Source of the DNA: an uncultured Syntrophobacterales bacterium
GTDB lineage: Bacteria > Desulfobacterota > Syntrophia > Syntrophales > UBA5619
Direction: 5' to 3'
Length of the DNA stretch: 64,000 nucleotides
Assembly: GCA_903928915.1 (NCBI GenBank)
Contig: CAIYSL010000068.1
Location: forward strand, 159,274 to 223,273
Below are positions 17,250-26,642 of the stretch, piece by piece. Positions within the stretch are counted from its first letter, which is position 1. Each line of letters opens with the position of its first letter. The notes under the pieces were generated by a model. That model was not told where the DNA came from. It did no database searches and saw nothing but the letters and a program-made list of their open reading frames with translations. Both the position numbers and the translations under genes were made by a program.

Positions 17250-19340
17250 GTGACGATGATACTGGCGATCCTGCAGGCGCGCGTCTCTTCCACGAGACTC
17301 GCCGGTAAGGTGTTGAAACCCCTCCAGGGCAAGCCGATGCTCCAGCATCAGATCGAGCGGGTCCTCCGTTCGCGCAGGATCGACCGGCTCGTCGTGGCGA
17401 CCAGCGCGGATAGGTCCGATGACGGTCTCGAAGCGCTGTGCGGGGCGATCAGCCTGCCCTGCCATCGGGGCGATCTGGACGATGTGCTCGACCGTACCTA
17501 CCAGGCCGCGCTGCCCTTCAACCCGCAGCACATCGTGCGGTTGACCGGCGATTGTCCGCTCCTGGACCCGGCGGTCGTGGACCGGGTGATCGAATTCTAC
17601 CTGGAGGGTAACTACGATTACGCCACGAACAGTCTGGAGGAGACCTTTCCCGACGGGCTCGATGTGGAGGTCTTCTCTTTTTCCGCCCTGCGGAGGGCAT
17701 GGGCGACCGCACGGCTCCCCTCGGAACGGGAGCATGTCACCCCCTTCATCCGCAACCATCCCGAGTTGTTTCGTATCGGCAGTCTCCGCAACGATCGGGA
17801 TCTCTCCGTCCACCGCTGGACCGTCGACGAGCCCCGTGACTTCGATTTCGTATCGCTGATCTACCGGGAATTGTATCCCGGGAAGCACGATTTCGCGACC
17901 GCGGATATCCTGGCGTATCTCGAGCGGAATCCCGAGGCCATGGCGATCAATCGGGGGATCGGAAGGAACGAAGGGTACGCAAAGTCTCTGGCGGAGGACC
18001 GGAGGGCAACCGCGGTGCGCAGCCGGAACATCGAAAAATCCTTCGCCATGCAGCAGCATGCCAAGGAGCGCATACCCGGGCTGAGTCAGCTCCTGTCCAA
18101 GCGGCCCGACCTGTTTTCCTACGGCCTCTGGCCGGGGTATTTCAGCGCCGCACGGGGGGCCGAGGTCTGGGACCTGGACGGCAACCGGTACGTAGATATG
18201 AGCATTGGCGGCGTGGGGGCCAATGTCCTGGGGTATGCGGACCCCGACGTGGATTCCGCGGTGAAGGAGGCGATAGACCGGGGAACCAGCTGTTCGCTGA
18301 ACTGCCCCGAGGAGGTGGAGCTGGCGGACCTGCTGTGCGAATTACACCCCTGGGCCCGGAAGGTCCGCTTTGCCCGCACCGGCGGTGAATCGATGTCCGT
18401 GGCCGTGCGCATCGCCCGGGCCTGCACCGGCCGGGACAAGGTTGCCTTCTGCGGGTATCACGGCTGGCACGACTGGTACCTGGCGGCGAACCTGGGAACG
18501 CAAAACGCCCTGGGGGAGCATCTGATTTCCGGGCTGGACCCGGCTGGCGTCCCCCTGGGGCTTGCCGGCACATCCCTTCCCTTCCGGTACAACCGCAGCG
18601 ACGAACTCGCCGCGATACTCTGCGACAACCCCGGGGAGATCGCGGCGGTCGTCATGGAGCCGATCCGCAATCAGCAGCCGGAGCCGGGGTTTTTCGCCAC
18701 CGTCAGAAAACTGGCGCAGGAGCATGGCGCCGTGCTGATCGTCGACGAAATATCCGCGGGGTTTCGGCTGAACAGCGGCGGGGCGCACCTTTCCCTGGGG
18801 CTGGAGCCGGATGTTGCGGTCTTTTCGAAGGCCCTGGGCAACGGATATCCCATCGCCGCCGTCATCGGCAAGGCCGAGGTGATGGACGCCGCGCAGAAGA
18901 CCTTCATCAGCTCCACGGCCTGGACCGAACGGGTAGGGCCGGTCGCGGCGATTGCGACGATCCGCAAACACCGCCGGTGCAACGTTGCCGACCATCTCGT
19001 GCGGATCGGCCAGCTCGTGCAGGAGTGCTGGCGAGCCGCGTCGCAAACCCATGGCCTGCCGATCTCCCTGGGCGGCATTCCGCCGCTCGGCTCTTTTGCC
19101 TTTACGGGAGACAATGCGCTCCTCCTGAAGACGCTGTTCATCCAGGGGATGCTGGAGCGGGGGTTTCTGGCGACCACAGGGTTCTATGCCATGTATGCCC
19201 ACCGGGAGGCCCATGTCCGGGCCTATGCGGCCGCGGCCGACGCGGCATTCGGCTCGATACGCGCCGCCCTCGAGACGGGGAGGCCCGAGGAGTGCCTGCG
19301 GGGAGAGCAGGCGGTGGCCGGGTTCAAGAGGCTGAACTGA
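17250..19340 (+). CDS. SpsF-type cytidylyltransferase fused to a class III (GSA-aminomutase-like) PLP aminotransferase
   Basis: N-terminal ILQARVSSTRLAGKVL, RLTGDCPLLDP, REHVTPFI; C-terminal GYHGWHDW, DEISAGFR, FSKALGNGYP (PLP lysine). Confidence 0.9.
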   Translation: MTMILAILQARVSSTRLAGKVLKPLQGKPMLQHQIERVLRSRRIDRLVVATSADRSDDGLEALCGAISLPCHRGDLDDVLDRTYQAALPFNPQHIVRLTGDCPLLDPAVVDRVIEFYLEGNYDYATNSLEETFPDGLDVEVFSFSALRRAWATARLPSEREHVTPFIRNHPELFRIGSLRNDRDLSVHRWTVDEPRDFDFVSLIYRELYPGKHDFATADILAYLERNPEAMAINRGIGRNEGYAKSLAEDRRATAVRSRNIEKSFAMQQHAKERIPGLSQLLSKRPDLFSYGLWPGYFSAARGAEVWDLDGNRYVDMSIGGVGANVLGYADPDVDSAVKEAIDRGTSCSLNCPEEVELADLLCELHPWARKVRFARTGGESMSVAVRIARACTGRDKVAFCGYHGWHDWYLAANLGTQNALGEHLISGLDPAGVPLGLAGTSLPFRYNRSDELAAILCDNPGEIAAVVMEPIRNQQPEPGFFATVRKLAQEHGAVLIVDEISAGFRLNSGGAHLSLGLEPDVAVFSKALGNGYPIAAVIGKAEVMDAAQKTFISSTAWTERVGPVAAIATIRKHRRCNVADHLVRIGQLVQECWRAASQTHGLPISLGGIPPLGSFAFTGDNALLLKTLFIQGMLERGFLATTGFYAMYAHREAHVRAYAAAADAAFGSIRAALETGRPEECLRGEQAVAGFKRLN

Positions 19341-20371
19341 TGAACCTGCTCATCCGTGCGGACGCCTCGACCCGGATGGGGTCGGGGCATGTCATGCGCT
19401 GCCTGGCCCTGGCGCAGGCGTGCCGGGGGCAGGGGGGGCGGGTGCGGTTTGCCTGCGCCGAAATCCCCCCGGCGCTGGAGGCGCGGCTGCGGAGCGAGGG
19501 GATGGACCCGACGGCGGTGCCTCCTCCGGCCGCCGGTCCCGGCGATATGGCGCGGACGGCGGCACTCGCCCGGGAAATGGACGCGGAATGGGTGGTGCTG
19601 GACGGATATCAGTTCGGACCGGACTCCCAGGAGGCGATGAAAGGGGCGGGGTTCAAGCTGCTGAGCATCGACGATTACGGCCACGCGCGCAGGTATGTGT
19701 CCGACCTGGTGCTGAACCAGAATATCTGCGCCGCGCCGGGGCTGTACCAGGAGCGGGCGCCCGAAACGCACCTGCTGTTGGGGACGCGGTACGTCTTGCT
19801 GAGGCGGGAGTTCTGGCCGTGGCGGGGGGGCCGCAGGAGGGTCGCACCGGAGGCGCGGACCGTCCTGGTGACGATGGGCGGGAGCGACCCCGGCAACGTC
19901 ACGCTGGGCGTCATCGACGCCTTGACCGCTCTGAACAACGCGCGGCTCGACGTCAGAATCGTCGTGGGCCACGGAAACCCCCACCTGGCCGTTCTGGAAG
20001 AGGCCGTCACGGCCGCCCCCTGCCCGATGCGCCTCCTGAAGGACGTGGAAGATATGGCCGGGGTCATGGCCGGGGCTGACATCGCCGTATCGTCCGGGGG
20101 AAGCACCTCCTGGGAACTCCTGCTCATGGGTCTGCCGGGCGTCCTGTTGGCGTTGGCCGCCAACCAGGATCCGATCGCCGCCGGCCTGGAACAGGCAGGG
20201 GCGGCGCTGACCTGCCGGGCGCCTGCACCGGGCGACGGTTCACTGCGCATCGCCCTGGAAGGGCTGATCGGCGACCCGCAGAAGCGTCAAACAATTGTCG
20301 AGCGGGGATACGACCTGGTGGACGGGTACGGCGCGGCGAGGGTCCTGTCTGCCATGGCCATGTCGTGCTGA
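19340..20371 (+). CDS. pseG: UDP-2,4-diacetamido-2,4,6-trideoxy-altropyranose hydrolase PseG
   Basis: IRADASTRMGSGHVMRCLALA, LLSIDD, LLGTRYVLLRREF, TMGGSDP, GGSTSWE, AANQ, VDGYGAARV. Confidence 0.9.
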   Translation: MNLLIRADASTRMGSGHVMRCLALAQACRGQGGRVRFACAEIPPALEARLRSEGMDPTAVPPPAAGPGDMARTAALAREMDAEWVVLDGYQFGPDSQEAMKGAGFKLLSIDDYGHARRYVSDLVLNQNICAAPGLYQERAPETHLLLGTRYVLLRREFWPWRGGRRRVAPEARTVLVTMGGSDPGNVTLGVIDALTALNNARLDVRIVVGHGNPHLAVLEEAVTAAPCPMRLLKDVEDMAGVMAGADIAVSSGGSTSWELLLMGLPGVLLALAANQDPIAAGLEQAGAALTCRAPAPGDGSLRIALEGLIGDPQKRQTIVERGYDLVDGYGAARVLSAMAMSC

Positions 20372-20481
20372 ATGACAGGCGCCGCGGCATTGCCGGAGCG
20401 CACGGTGGCAGGTGCCGGGGCTGCGCCGCGGTGCGGATAAAAAGTTGAATAATATATCATATGTACGACATAAGAGGGGAT

Positions 20482-21186
20482 ATGTCCGCTGACGCAACGG
20501 GAAGCAACAGGGATTACTGGAAGAATTTTTGGAACACCCATGCCGCCACCGACCGCATGTACGGCCGGGATACCTGGTCGTTCCGGGAATTCTATCTGCT
20601 GATCACTGATGTGGTTATGGCACTGGATTTGAATAAGGATGACGTTCTCCTGGACGCCGGCGGCGGCACGGGCGCCATGGCAATCGCGCTTGCGCCGTTC
20701 GTAAAGCGGATAACCCTGTTCGACTTCGGCGACGACATAGTGGCCAAGGCCCGTGAAGAAACGAGTTTTTTCAGGAACATCGATGTCCTGAGCGATGATG
20801 TCCGCGTTTTCGGGTCGCTGGCCGGGGCAGGGGCGTATTCCAAAGTACTGGTCGGTTCGGTCTTACAGTACCTGGATGATATGGATGAGGTCCGGCAGGT
20901 GCTTGCGCAGACCTTTCGCGTGCTCGCTAGCGGGGGAAGGGCGCTGTACACGCACAACCCGGACCTCGCGAAAAAGGCCGCTCACATCGAGTCCTACGGC
21001 CGCCTGTCCTGGGAGAAGGAGAGGGTGGACCGGGCACTGGAGATGGAAGAGCGCCGCCTGTGGGTCGACAAGGAGGAGTTTTACCGGATCTCCCGCGAGG
21101 TCGGGTTTGGCAAATCCGTCGAGTGCGCGATCAACGGGAATCTCTGGCAGTCGACCCACATGTTCGACTGGCTGGTGGAAAAATGA
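20482..21186 (+). CDS. Class I SAM-dependent methyltransferase
   Basis: LLDAGGGTG motif I, SVLQYL, RVLASGG; GAGGGG RBS before ATG 20482 (alternative 20461). Confidence 0.85.
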   Translation: MSADATGSNRDYWKNFWNTHAATDRMYGRDTWSFREFYLLITDVVMALDLNKDDVLLDAGGGTGAMAIALAPFVKRITLFDFGDDIVAKAREETSFFRNIDVLSDDVRVFGSLAGAGAYSKVLVGSVLQYLDDMDEVRQVLAQTFRVLASGGRALYTHNPDLAKKAAHIESYGRLSWEKERVDRALEMEERRLWVDKEEFYRISREVGFGKSVECAINGNLWQSTHMFDWLVEK

Positions 21187-21198
21187 CGGAGCAGTCGC

Positions 21199-21690
21199 AT
21201 GACCGAGCGGAAACCGGCGGGCACGGATGAAGCCCGGATGACGCTGAAGGAATTTCAGGAGCTGTTCAGTTCGCTGACGAATTTTCGCGCGAATCGGTTT
21301 CATCCCCTCGTGTGGATAAACGGTGAACCGGAGATCGGCGAAAATGTCTATGTGGGCGGGATGTCGGAGATCAACGCCAAGGGGGCCCGGGTGGTGATCA
21401 AGGAGAACTGCGACATCGCCTCGTTCGTGGCGATCAATTGCGCCGACTCGCACCGCAAATGTCTCGGAATGTCGCCGCGGATCGACGCGCAGGATATCCT
21501 CATCGAGGAAAACGTGTTCATCGGCTCCCATTGCCTGGTCAAAGGGGGAGCCCATATCGGCCACCATTCGGTGGTGGCGGCGGGAACGATCGTGGATGCC
21601 GGGGCGATCCCGCCCTACTCGCTCGTGTACGGCAATCCCATGAAGGTCAAGAAGGGATACTATCTGTCGCGAATGCCGGGCAGCCGCTAA
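21199..21690 (+). CDS. Left-handed beta-helix (hexapeptide repeat) acyltransferase
   Basis: IGENVYVG, IEENVFIGSH, IGHHSVVAAG, VYGNP repeats. Confidence 0.88.
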   Translation: MTERKPAGTDEARMTLKEFQELFSSLTNFRANRFHPLVWINGEPEIGENVYVGGMSEINAKGARVVIKENCDIASFVAINCADSHRKCLGMSPRIDAQDILIEENVFIGSHCLVKGGAHIGHHSVVAAGTIVDAGAIPPYSLVYGNPMKVKKGYYLSRMPGSR

Positions 21691-21729
21691 GCGGCCGGCA
21701 CCGCAAACCGCAGGGCGTGAGGAGTTTCG

Positions 21730-23037
21730 ATGGTTCAGAACGACATTGTGCTGGTGTATCCGATTCCGACGCTCGACTCGCCGGTCAACCTGGTGCCCCT
21801 GTCGATTCTGTTCCCGGGCGCGCTGTTCGAGCGGCAGGGGATGAGGGTGGCGTATTTCGACGAACGGTATGATTCCGAAGAACTGCTCGCCCAACTGATC
21901 CGGGAATCGCGGGAGATCGGCGTCAGCGCCTTCACGGGACCGCAGGCGGGCCGTGCGGCCGACATCCTGATCAAGGCCAAGCAGATCAACCCGTCGATCA
22001 TCACCGGCGTGGGAGGGCATCACGCCCGGATCCTGCCCGAGCAGGTGCTGGCGGAGCCCTTCGTGGACAAGGTGTGGACCGAGCCGTCGTACGGCGAGGA
22101 TCTGTTCCCCTATAACGAACGCACCAAGAAATTTTTCGCCCGCTCCGACATGCAGTACTTCGCCTCCCGCGGCTGCCCGCACACCTGCTCCTTCTGCTGC
22201 CTCAGCTCCCCGTGGCAGCCGAAGGCAATAGGGGATCTGGAGCGGGAACTGACGATCATCCACGGGGATGTCGGGTTTCACGAGATCTCCTTTTCCGATC
22301 CGAATATTGCCTTCGGGAGGAGCGAGCGCGAGCGGCTCGAACGGATCCGGGGGATCGGACGCATCATGCGGAAGCTGAAGGTGCGCTGGGACGGCAACAT
22401 GCGCTCTCCCTATCTCTCCCCGGCCATGGTGGAGGCGTTGGCCGAATCCAACTGCTATTCCCTGGAGATCGGCTGCGAGTCGGGGAACGACCAGTTCTTG
22501 CGGAAGGTGATCAGGAAGGGGCACGGCGTGGAGGCGATCAGGAAGGCGGCCCGTGCGGTCAAGGGCTCCGGCATCTCGGTGATGTACAGCTTCATCGCCC
22601 ATATGCCGCGGGAAACGAAGGCCATGCTGATGGATACCTTCGACCTGATCGACTGGATTGTGGGTGTCGACCGGGATGCGCGGGTGTCAATCTTCACCTA
22701 TGCCCCCTTTCCCGGGAGCAGGATGTACCGCGACGCCGTGGAGGGGGCGGCGGGCTATCCCCCCTTCGTCCCGCCGACGACGATGAAAGGGTGGGCCTCC
22801 CTGCCGTTCATGAAGAGCCCGCTGTACTGGATTGCCGGTCTCTGCTTCCGGAAGGACAACACCCGGAAGAATTTTCGCGGCGACGACTGGAAGCTGATCG
22901 AGCCGTATTTGGCGCTCGCGGAGAAGAAGTGGAAAGAACGCGATTTTGACGACTTTCCCATCCGGGACGTGGAGGCGCTCATCCTCCGGCAGATGGTGAA
23001 GAACAACACGATACGAAGCGCCGGTCGAGCGGCGTGA
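21730..23037 (+). CDS. B12-binding radical SAM protein
   Basis: B12-binding-like N-domain (IGVSAFT...VGGHHA...P), SRGCPHTCSFC, IGCESG, YAPFPGS. Confidence 0.88.
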   Translation: MVQNDIVLVYPIPTLDSPVNLVPLSILFPGALFERQGMRVAYFDERYDSEELLAQLIRESREIGVSAFTGPQAGRAADILIKAKQINPSIITGVGGHHARILPEQVLAEPFVDKVWTEPSYGEDLFPYNERTKKFFARSDMQYFASRGCPHTCSFCCLSSPWQPKAIGDLERELTIIHGDVGFHEISFSDPNIAFGRSERERLERIRGIGRIMRKLKVRWDGNMRSPYLSPAMVEALAESNCYSLEIGCESGNDQFLRKVIRKGHGVEAIRKAARAVKGSGISVMYSFIAHMPRETKAMLMDTFDLIDWIVGVDRDARVSIFTYAPFPGSRMYRDAVEGAAGYPPFVPPTTMKGWASLPFMKSPLYWIAGLCFRKDNTRKNFRGDDWKLIEPYLALAEKKWKERDFDDFPIRDVEALILRQMVKNNTIRSAGRAA

Positions 23038-23053
23038 GCGACGAAAGGGGGCA

Positions 23054-23824
23054 GTGATGATTCTCACATCCCACCAGCCGGTATACCTTCCCTGGCTGGG
23101 GCTGTTCCACAAGATAGCCCTGGCCGATGCCTATTGCTTTTTCGACATCGCCCAGTTCCTGCTGAAGGACTGGAACAACCGGAATCAGATCAAGACGGCC
23201 AACGGCGCCCTGTGGCTGACGGTTCCGGTGTACAAGAAGGGGTACGTGGACAAGCAGATCAAGGATATCGAAATCGACAACGAGTATGACTGGCGGAAGA
23301 AGCACTGGAACACCCTCATGCTGTACTACAAAAAGACGCCCTATTTCAGCCAGTATGCCGATTTCTTCGCGGATACCTATAAACGGGACTGGCAATACCT
23401 GGTCGATCTGAACGAACACATGCTGCGGTACTTTCTTCAGGTGCTGGGGATCGAGGTCCGCATCTTCAAGGCCTCGGATTACCGCTTCGAGGGGAGAAAG
23501 TCCGACCAGGTGCTCGACATGTGCAAGAAGCTGCACGCCGATTGTTTCATCTTCGGCGCCCAGGGGAGAAATTACGCGGTGCCGGAGGACTTTGCCCAGA
23601 ACGCAATCGCGATCCATTTCCAGGACTACGTCCATCCCACCTACAACCAGCGCTGGGGCGATTTCGTCCCCTATCTCTCGGTCATCGACCTGCTGTTCAA
23701 CGAAGGGGCGGCCCGGGCGCGCGATATCATCATGATGAATAACATCGGCAAAGCCGAGCTGGGGCAGCTCTGCGCCGAGCCAGGCGCGGGAGTACAGGCG
23801 GCAGGGGTATCCCATGCGAACTGA
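23054..23824 (+). CDS. WbqC-family protein (putative aminoacyl/glycyl transferase)
   Basis: HQPVYLPWLGLFHKI, WNNRNQIKT, WLTVPV, YKKTPYF, HPTYNQ, LSVIDLLFNEG. Confidence 0.92.
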   Translation: MMILTSHQPVYLPWLGLFHKIALADAYCFFDIAQFLLKDWNNRNQIKTANGALWLTVPVYKKGYVDKQIKDIEIDNEYDWRKKHWNTLMLYYKKTPYFSQYADFFADTYKRDWQYLVDLNEHMLRYFLQVLGIEVRIFKASDYRFEGRKSDQVLDMCKKLHADCFIFGAQGRNYAVPEDFAQNAIAIHFQDYVHPTYNQRWGDFVPYLSVIDLLFNEGAARARDIIMMNNIGKAELGQLCAEPGAGVQAAGVSHAN

Positions 23825-25496
23825 ACCGAATGTGCTGTTCGTCAACCTACCCACCGTTCCCTTCGACGAGATGGTCAAAGGCCTCCGGGAGGAGCAGTAC
23901 GTTTCCCAGGTGCTGGCGCTGCCGATGGGGATCCTGTACCTTTCGGCATACCTCCGGCAGCACAACCCCGTGCGGGGCGAAATCGGCATCCTGGATTACA
24001 TCCTCGCCATGGAGGGACTGTCCGCGTACCGGAGCGTCGAAGAGTTCATCCGCGACATCGCCGTCAAGTCGGTGCACTTCCGGCCGGACATCCTGGCCTT
24101 CTCGCTGATCTTTTCCACGTCGCATACGGTGTTCGCCATCACCCTCGGCATCCTGAAATCCCTCTGGCCCGATGCCTGTGTCGTCGTGGGGGGGACGCAC
24201 GCCACCGCGGCCGCCCTCCCGATCCTGCAGAACGATCAGGTCGACTACGTGATCCGGGGAGAGGGGGAGATCGCCTTCTCCGATTTCGTGACCGGGTATG
24301 CACGGGGGGAGCGCATCGCGATCAAAGGGGTATACTCCCGGCACGATGCCCCCGCGGCGGGAGTGCTGGAAACGACCGATGCCCCCGCCGACCTCGACCT
24401 CCTCCCCTACCCGGACTGGCAGCTCGTGGACATGCCGGCCTATTCGGTGAAAAAGGGGAGCCAGCGGGAGTTCGGCGATCGGGAACCGCGCAAGGTCGGT
24501 ACGATCGTCACGACCAGGGGATGTCCGAACAAATGCACCTTCTGCGCCGCCCACCTCGTTCACGGCAGGAAGGTGCGGTACCGGTCGGTGGCGAACGTCG
24601 TGGACGAGGTGCGGGAGCTCCATCGAACCTTCGGGATAACCTTGTTCATCCCCGAGGACGACATGTTCACCGTCCCCAAGAAGCGGTTCATCGCCCTGAT
24701 GAAGGCCCTCCGGGACCTGAACATCCCCGGGTTCGAGATGCAGAATCAGGACGGCCTTTCCGTCAACACCCTGGACAACGACGTCATCGACGCGATGCTG
24801 GGCGCGGGGGTCCGCCTGTTCAATCTCGCCGTGGAGTCCGGGTCCGAGGACGTGCAGACCCGCCTGATCAAGAAGAACGTCCGGCTGCACCGCGTCCGGG
24901 AGATCATCGACTACATCCGGTCCCGGAACAGCGAGGCGATCGTCCGGTGCTATTTCATCCTGGGGTTCTTCGGCGAGACGAAACAGCAGATGCGGACGAC
25001 GATCGACTTTGCCAAGGGGACCGGGGCGGACTGGTGCCTGTTCAGCATCGCCACCCCGCTGATCGGCACGGAGATGCATCGCCAGATGCTCGCGGCGGGG
25101 CTGATCGAGGACAACATCGATTACTGGGTGCGGGCGTCCTTCGGCCAGCGCTGCTTCGATACCCCCGAGATCTCGGCGGCGGAGCTGACCGAACTTTCCT
25201 ATGGGGCGAACCTCGAGGTGAATTTCTTCGGCAACGTCAACATGGCGAACGGGAATTACTCCAAGGCCCTGGGGATCTTCAGCGATATCGTCCGGCTGTA
25301 CCCCTTCCACATCGTCGCGTGGTACTGCATCATGGAATGCCACGCCGGGCTGCGGGATCGGCAAAAGGCAGCGGAGGTCCGGCGGAAACTGGATGAGCTC
25401 GTCCGCAGGGATGCGCGCTCGGCGGAGATGTTTCGGAAATACGGCCGTCTGATGCCCAGCATCGCCCGGTCGGAGCGGGAGGTATCGGCAGCGTGA
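23814..25496 (+). CDS. B12-binding radical SAM protein with C-terminal TPR-like helices
   Basis: PMGILYLSAYL, VVGGTHAT, VIRGEGE, TTRGCPNKCTFC, AVESGS, FILGFFGET, TPLIGT. Confidence 0.92.
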   Translation: MRTEPNVLFVNLPTVPFDEMVKGLREEQYVSQVLALPMGILYLSAYLRQHNPVRGEIGILDYILAMEGLSAYRSVEEFIRDIAVKSVHFRPDILAFSLIFSTSHTVFAITLGILKSLWPDACVVVGGTHATAAALPILQNDQVDYVIRGEGEIAFSDFVTGYARGERIAIKGVYSRHDAPAAGVLETTDAPADLDLLPYPDWQLVDMPAYSVKKGSQREFGDREPRKVGTIVTTRGCPNKCTFCAAHLVHGRKVRYRSVANVVDEVRELHRTFGITLFIPEDDMFTVPKKRFIALMKALRDLNIPGFEMQNQDGLSVNTLDNDVIDAMLGAGVRLFNLAVESGSEDVQTRLIKKNVRLHRVREIIDYIRSRNSEAIVRCYFILGFFGETKQQMRTTIDFAKGTGADWCLFSIATPLIGTEMHRQMLAAGLIEDNIDYWVRASFGQRCFDTPEISAAELTELSYGANLEVNFFGNVNMANGNYSKALGIFSDIVRLYPFHIVAWYCIMECHAGLRDRQKAAEVRRKLDELVRRDARSAEMFRKYGRLMPSIARSEREVSAA

Positions 25497-26572
25497 AATT
25501 CGAAATCGCACAGAGACCGATCGGGGGGGACGCCCCCGTCTTCATCGTCGCCGAGCTCTCCTGCAACCATCAGCAGGACTTCTCCCTGGCGGTGAAGACG
25601 ATCCGGGCGATGAAGGAGGCCGGGGCCGATGCGGTAAAGCTCTCGACCGACTGGAACGACGGCGGGATAACCATCGATTGCGACAACCGGTACTTCCGTA
25701 TCGGCGAGGGGACGATCTGGGACGGGAAGACCCTGTTCGAGCTGTACGAGGAGGCCTTTACCCCCTGGGAATGGCAACCGAAGCTGAAGTCCCTGATCGA
25801 GGAGCTCGGGATGGTCTGTTTTTCCACCGCCACCGACACCACGGCCGTCGACTTCCTGGAGGGTATCGACATCCCCTGTTATAAGATCGCCTCCTTCGAG
25901 ATCAATGATCTGCCGTTGATCGAGTACGCGGCTGCGAAGGGAAAGCCGATGATCATTTCCACCGGCGTGGCGACACTGTCCGATATCGAAGCGGCGGTGC
26001 ACGCCTGCCGGAAGGCGGGCAACCACCGCATCGCGCTGCTCAAGGCGACCTCGGCCTATCCGACCCCCTTCCGGGAGATCAACCTGCGGACCATCCCCCA
26101 CCTGCGGAGCCTGTGCGGCACCGTCGTGGGGCTGTCCGACCACAGCCTGGGCACGTCGGTGGCGGTCGCGGCGGTCGCCCTGGGGGCGAAGGTGGTGGAG
26201 AAGCATTTCATCCTGGAGAGGGCGCTGGGGGGGCCCGACGCCGCCTTTTCGATGGAGCCCCAGGAGTTCCGCCAGATGGTGCAATCGATCCGGGAGGTGG
26301 AGCAGGCCCTGGGCGCGGTGTCCTACGAGATACCGGAAGGGGTCCGCAGGAATCGGAGGTTCATGAAATCCCTGTTTGCCATCCGGGACATCGCGGCGGG
26401 GGAGGAATTCACCGGGGAAAACATCCGTTCTATCCGGCCCGGGGATGGACTTCCGCCCGGATTTTTTCCCACGCTGGTGGGGAAGAAGGCGAACCGCCCC
26501 ATCCGCAGGGGGACCCCCTTGACGTGGGAACTCCTCCTGGGGGCGTCAACGCCAGAAAGGTGCGAAGGTTGA
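25493..26572 (+). CDS. pseI: Pseudaminic acid synthase PseI-like (NeuB family) with atypical active-site motifs
   Basis: IVAELSCNH, TPWEWQPKL, KIASFE, IISTG, GLSDH, VEKHF, GPDAAFSMEP, C-terminal SAF/AFP-like domain (SIRPGDGLPP). Confidence 0.88.
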   Translation: MKFEIAQRPIGGDAPVFIVAELSCNHQQDFSLAVKTIRAMKEAGADAVKLSTDWNDGGITIDCDNRYFRIGEGTIWDGKTLFELYEEAFTPWEWQPKLKSLIEELGMVCFSTATDTTAVDFLEGIDIPCYKIASFEINDLPLIEYAAAKGKPMIISTGVATLSDIEAAVHACRKAGNHRIALLKATSAYPTPFREINLRTIPHLRSLCGTVVGLSDHSLGTSVAVAAVALGAKVVEKHFILERALGGPDAAFSMEPQEFRQMVQSIREVEQALGAVSYEIPEGVRRNRRFMKSLFAIRDIAAGEEFTGENIRSIRPGDGLPPGFFPTLVGKKANRPIRRGTPLTWELLLGASTPERCEG

Positions 26573-26642
26573 TGCGGGCGCATCGTTTTCTCCGGCACGC
26601 CCATCGGGAGGTGCCGACGATGACAGGCACAAGACGATCCCT

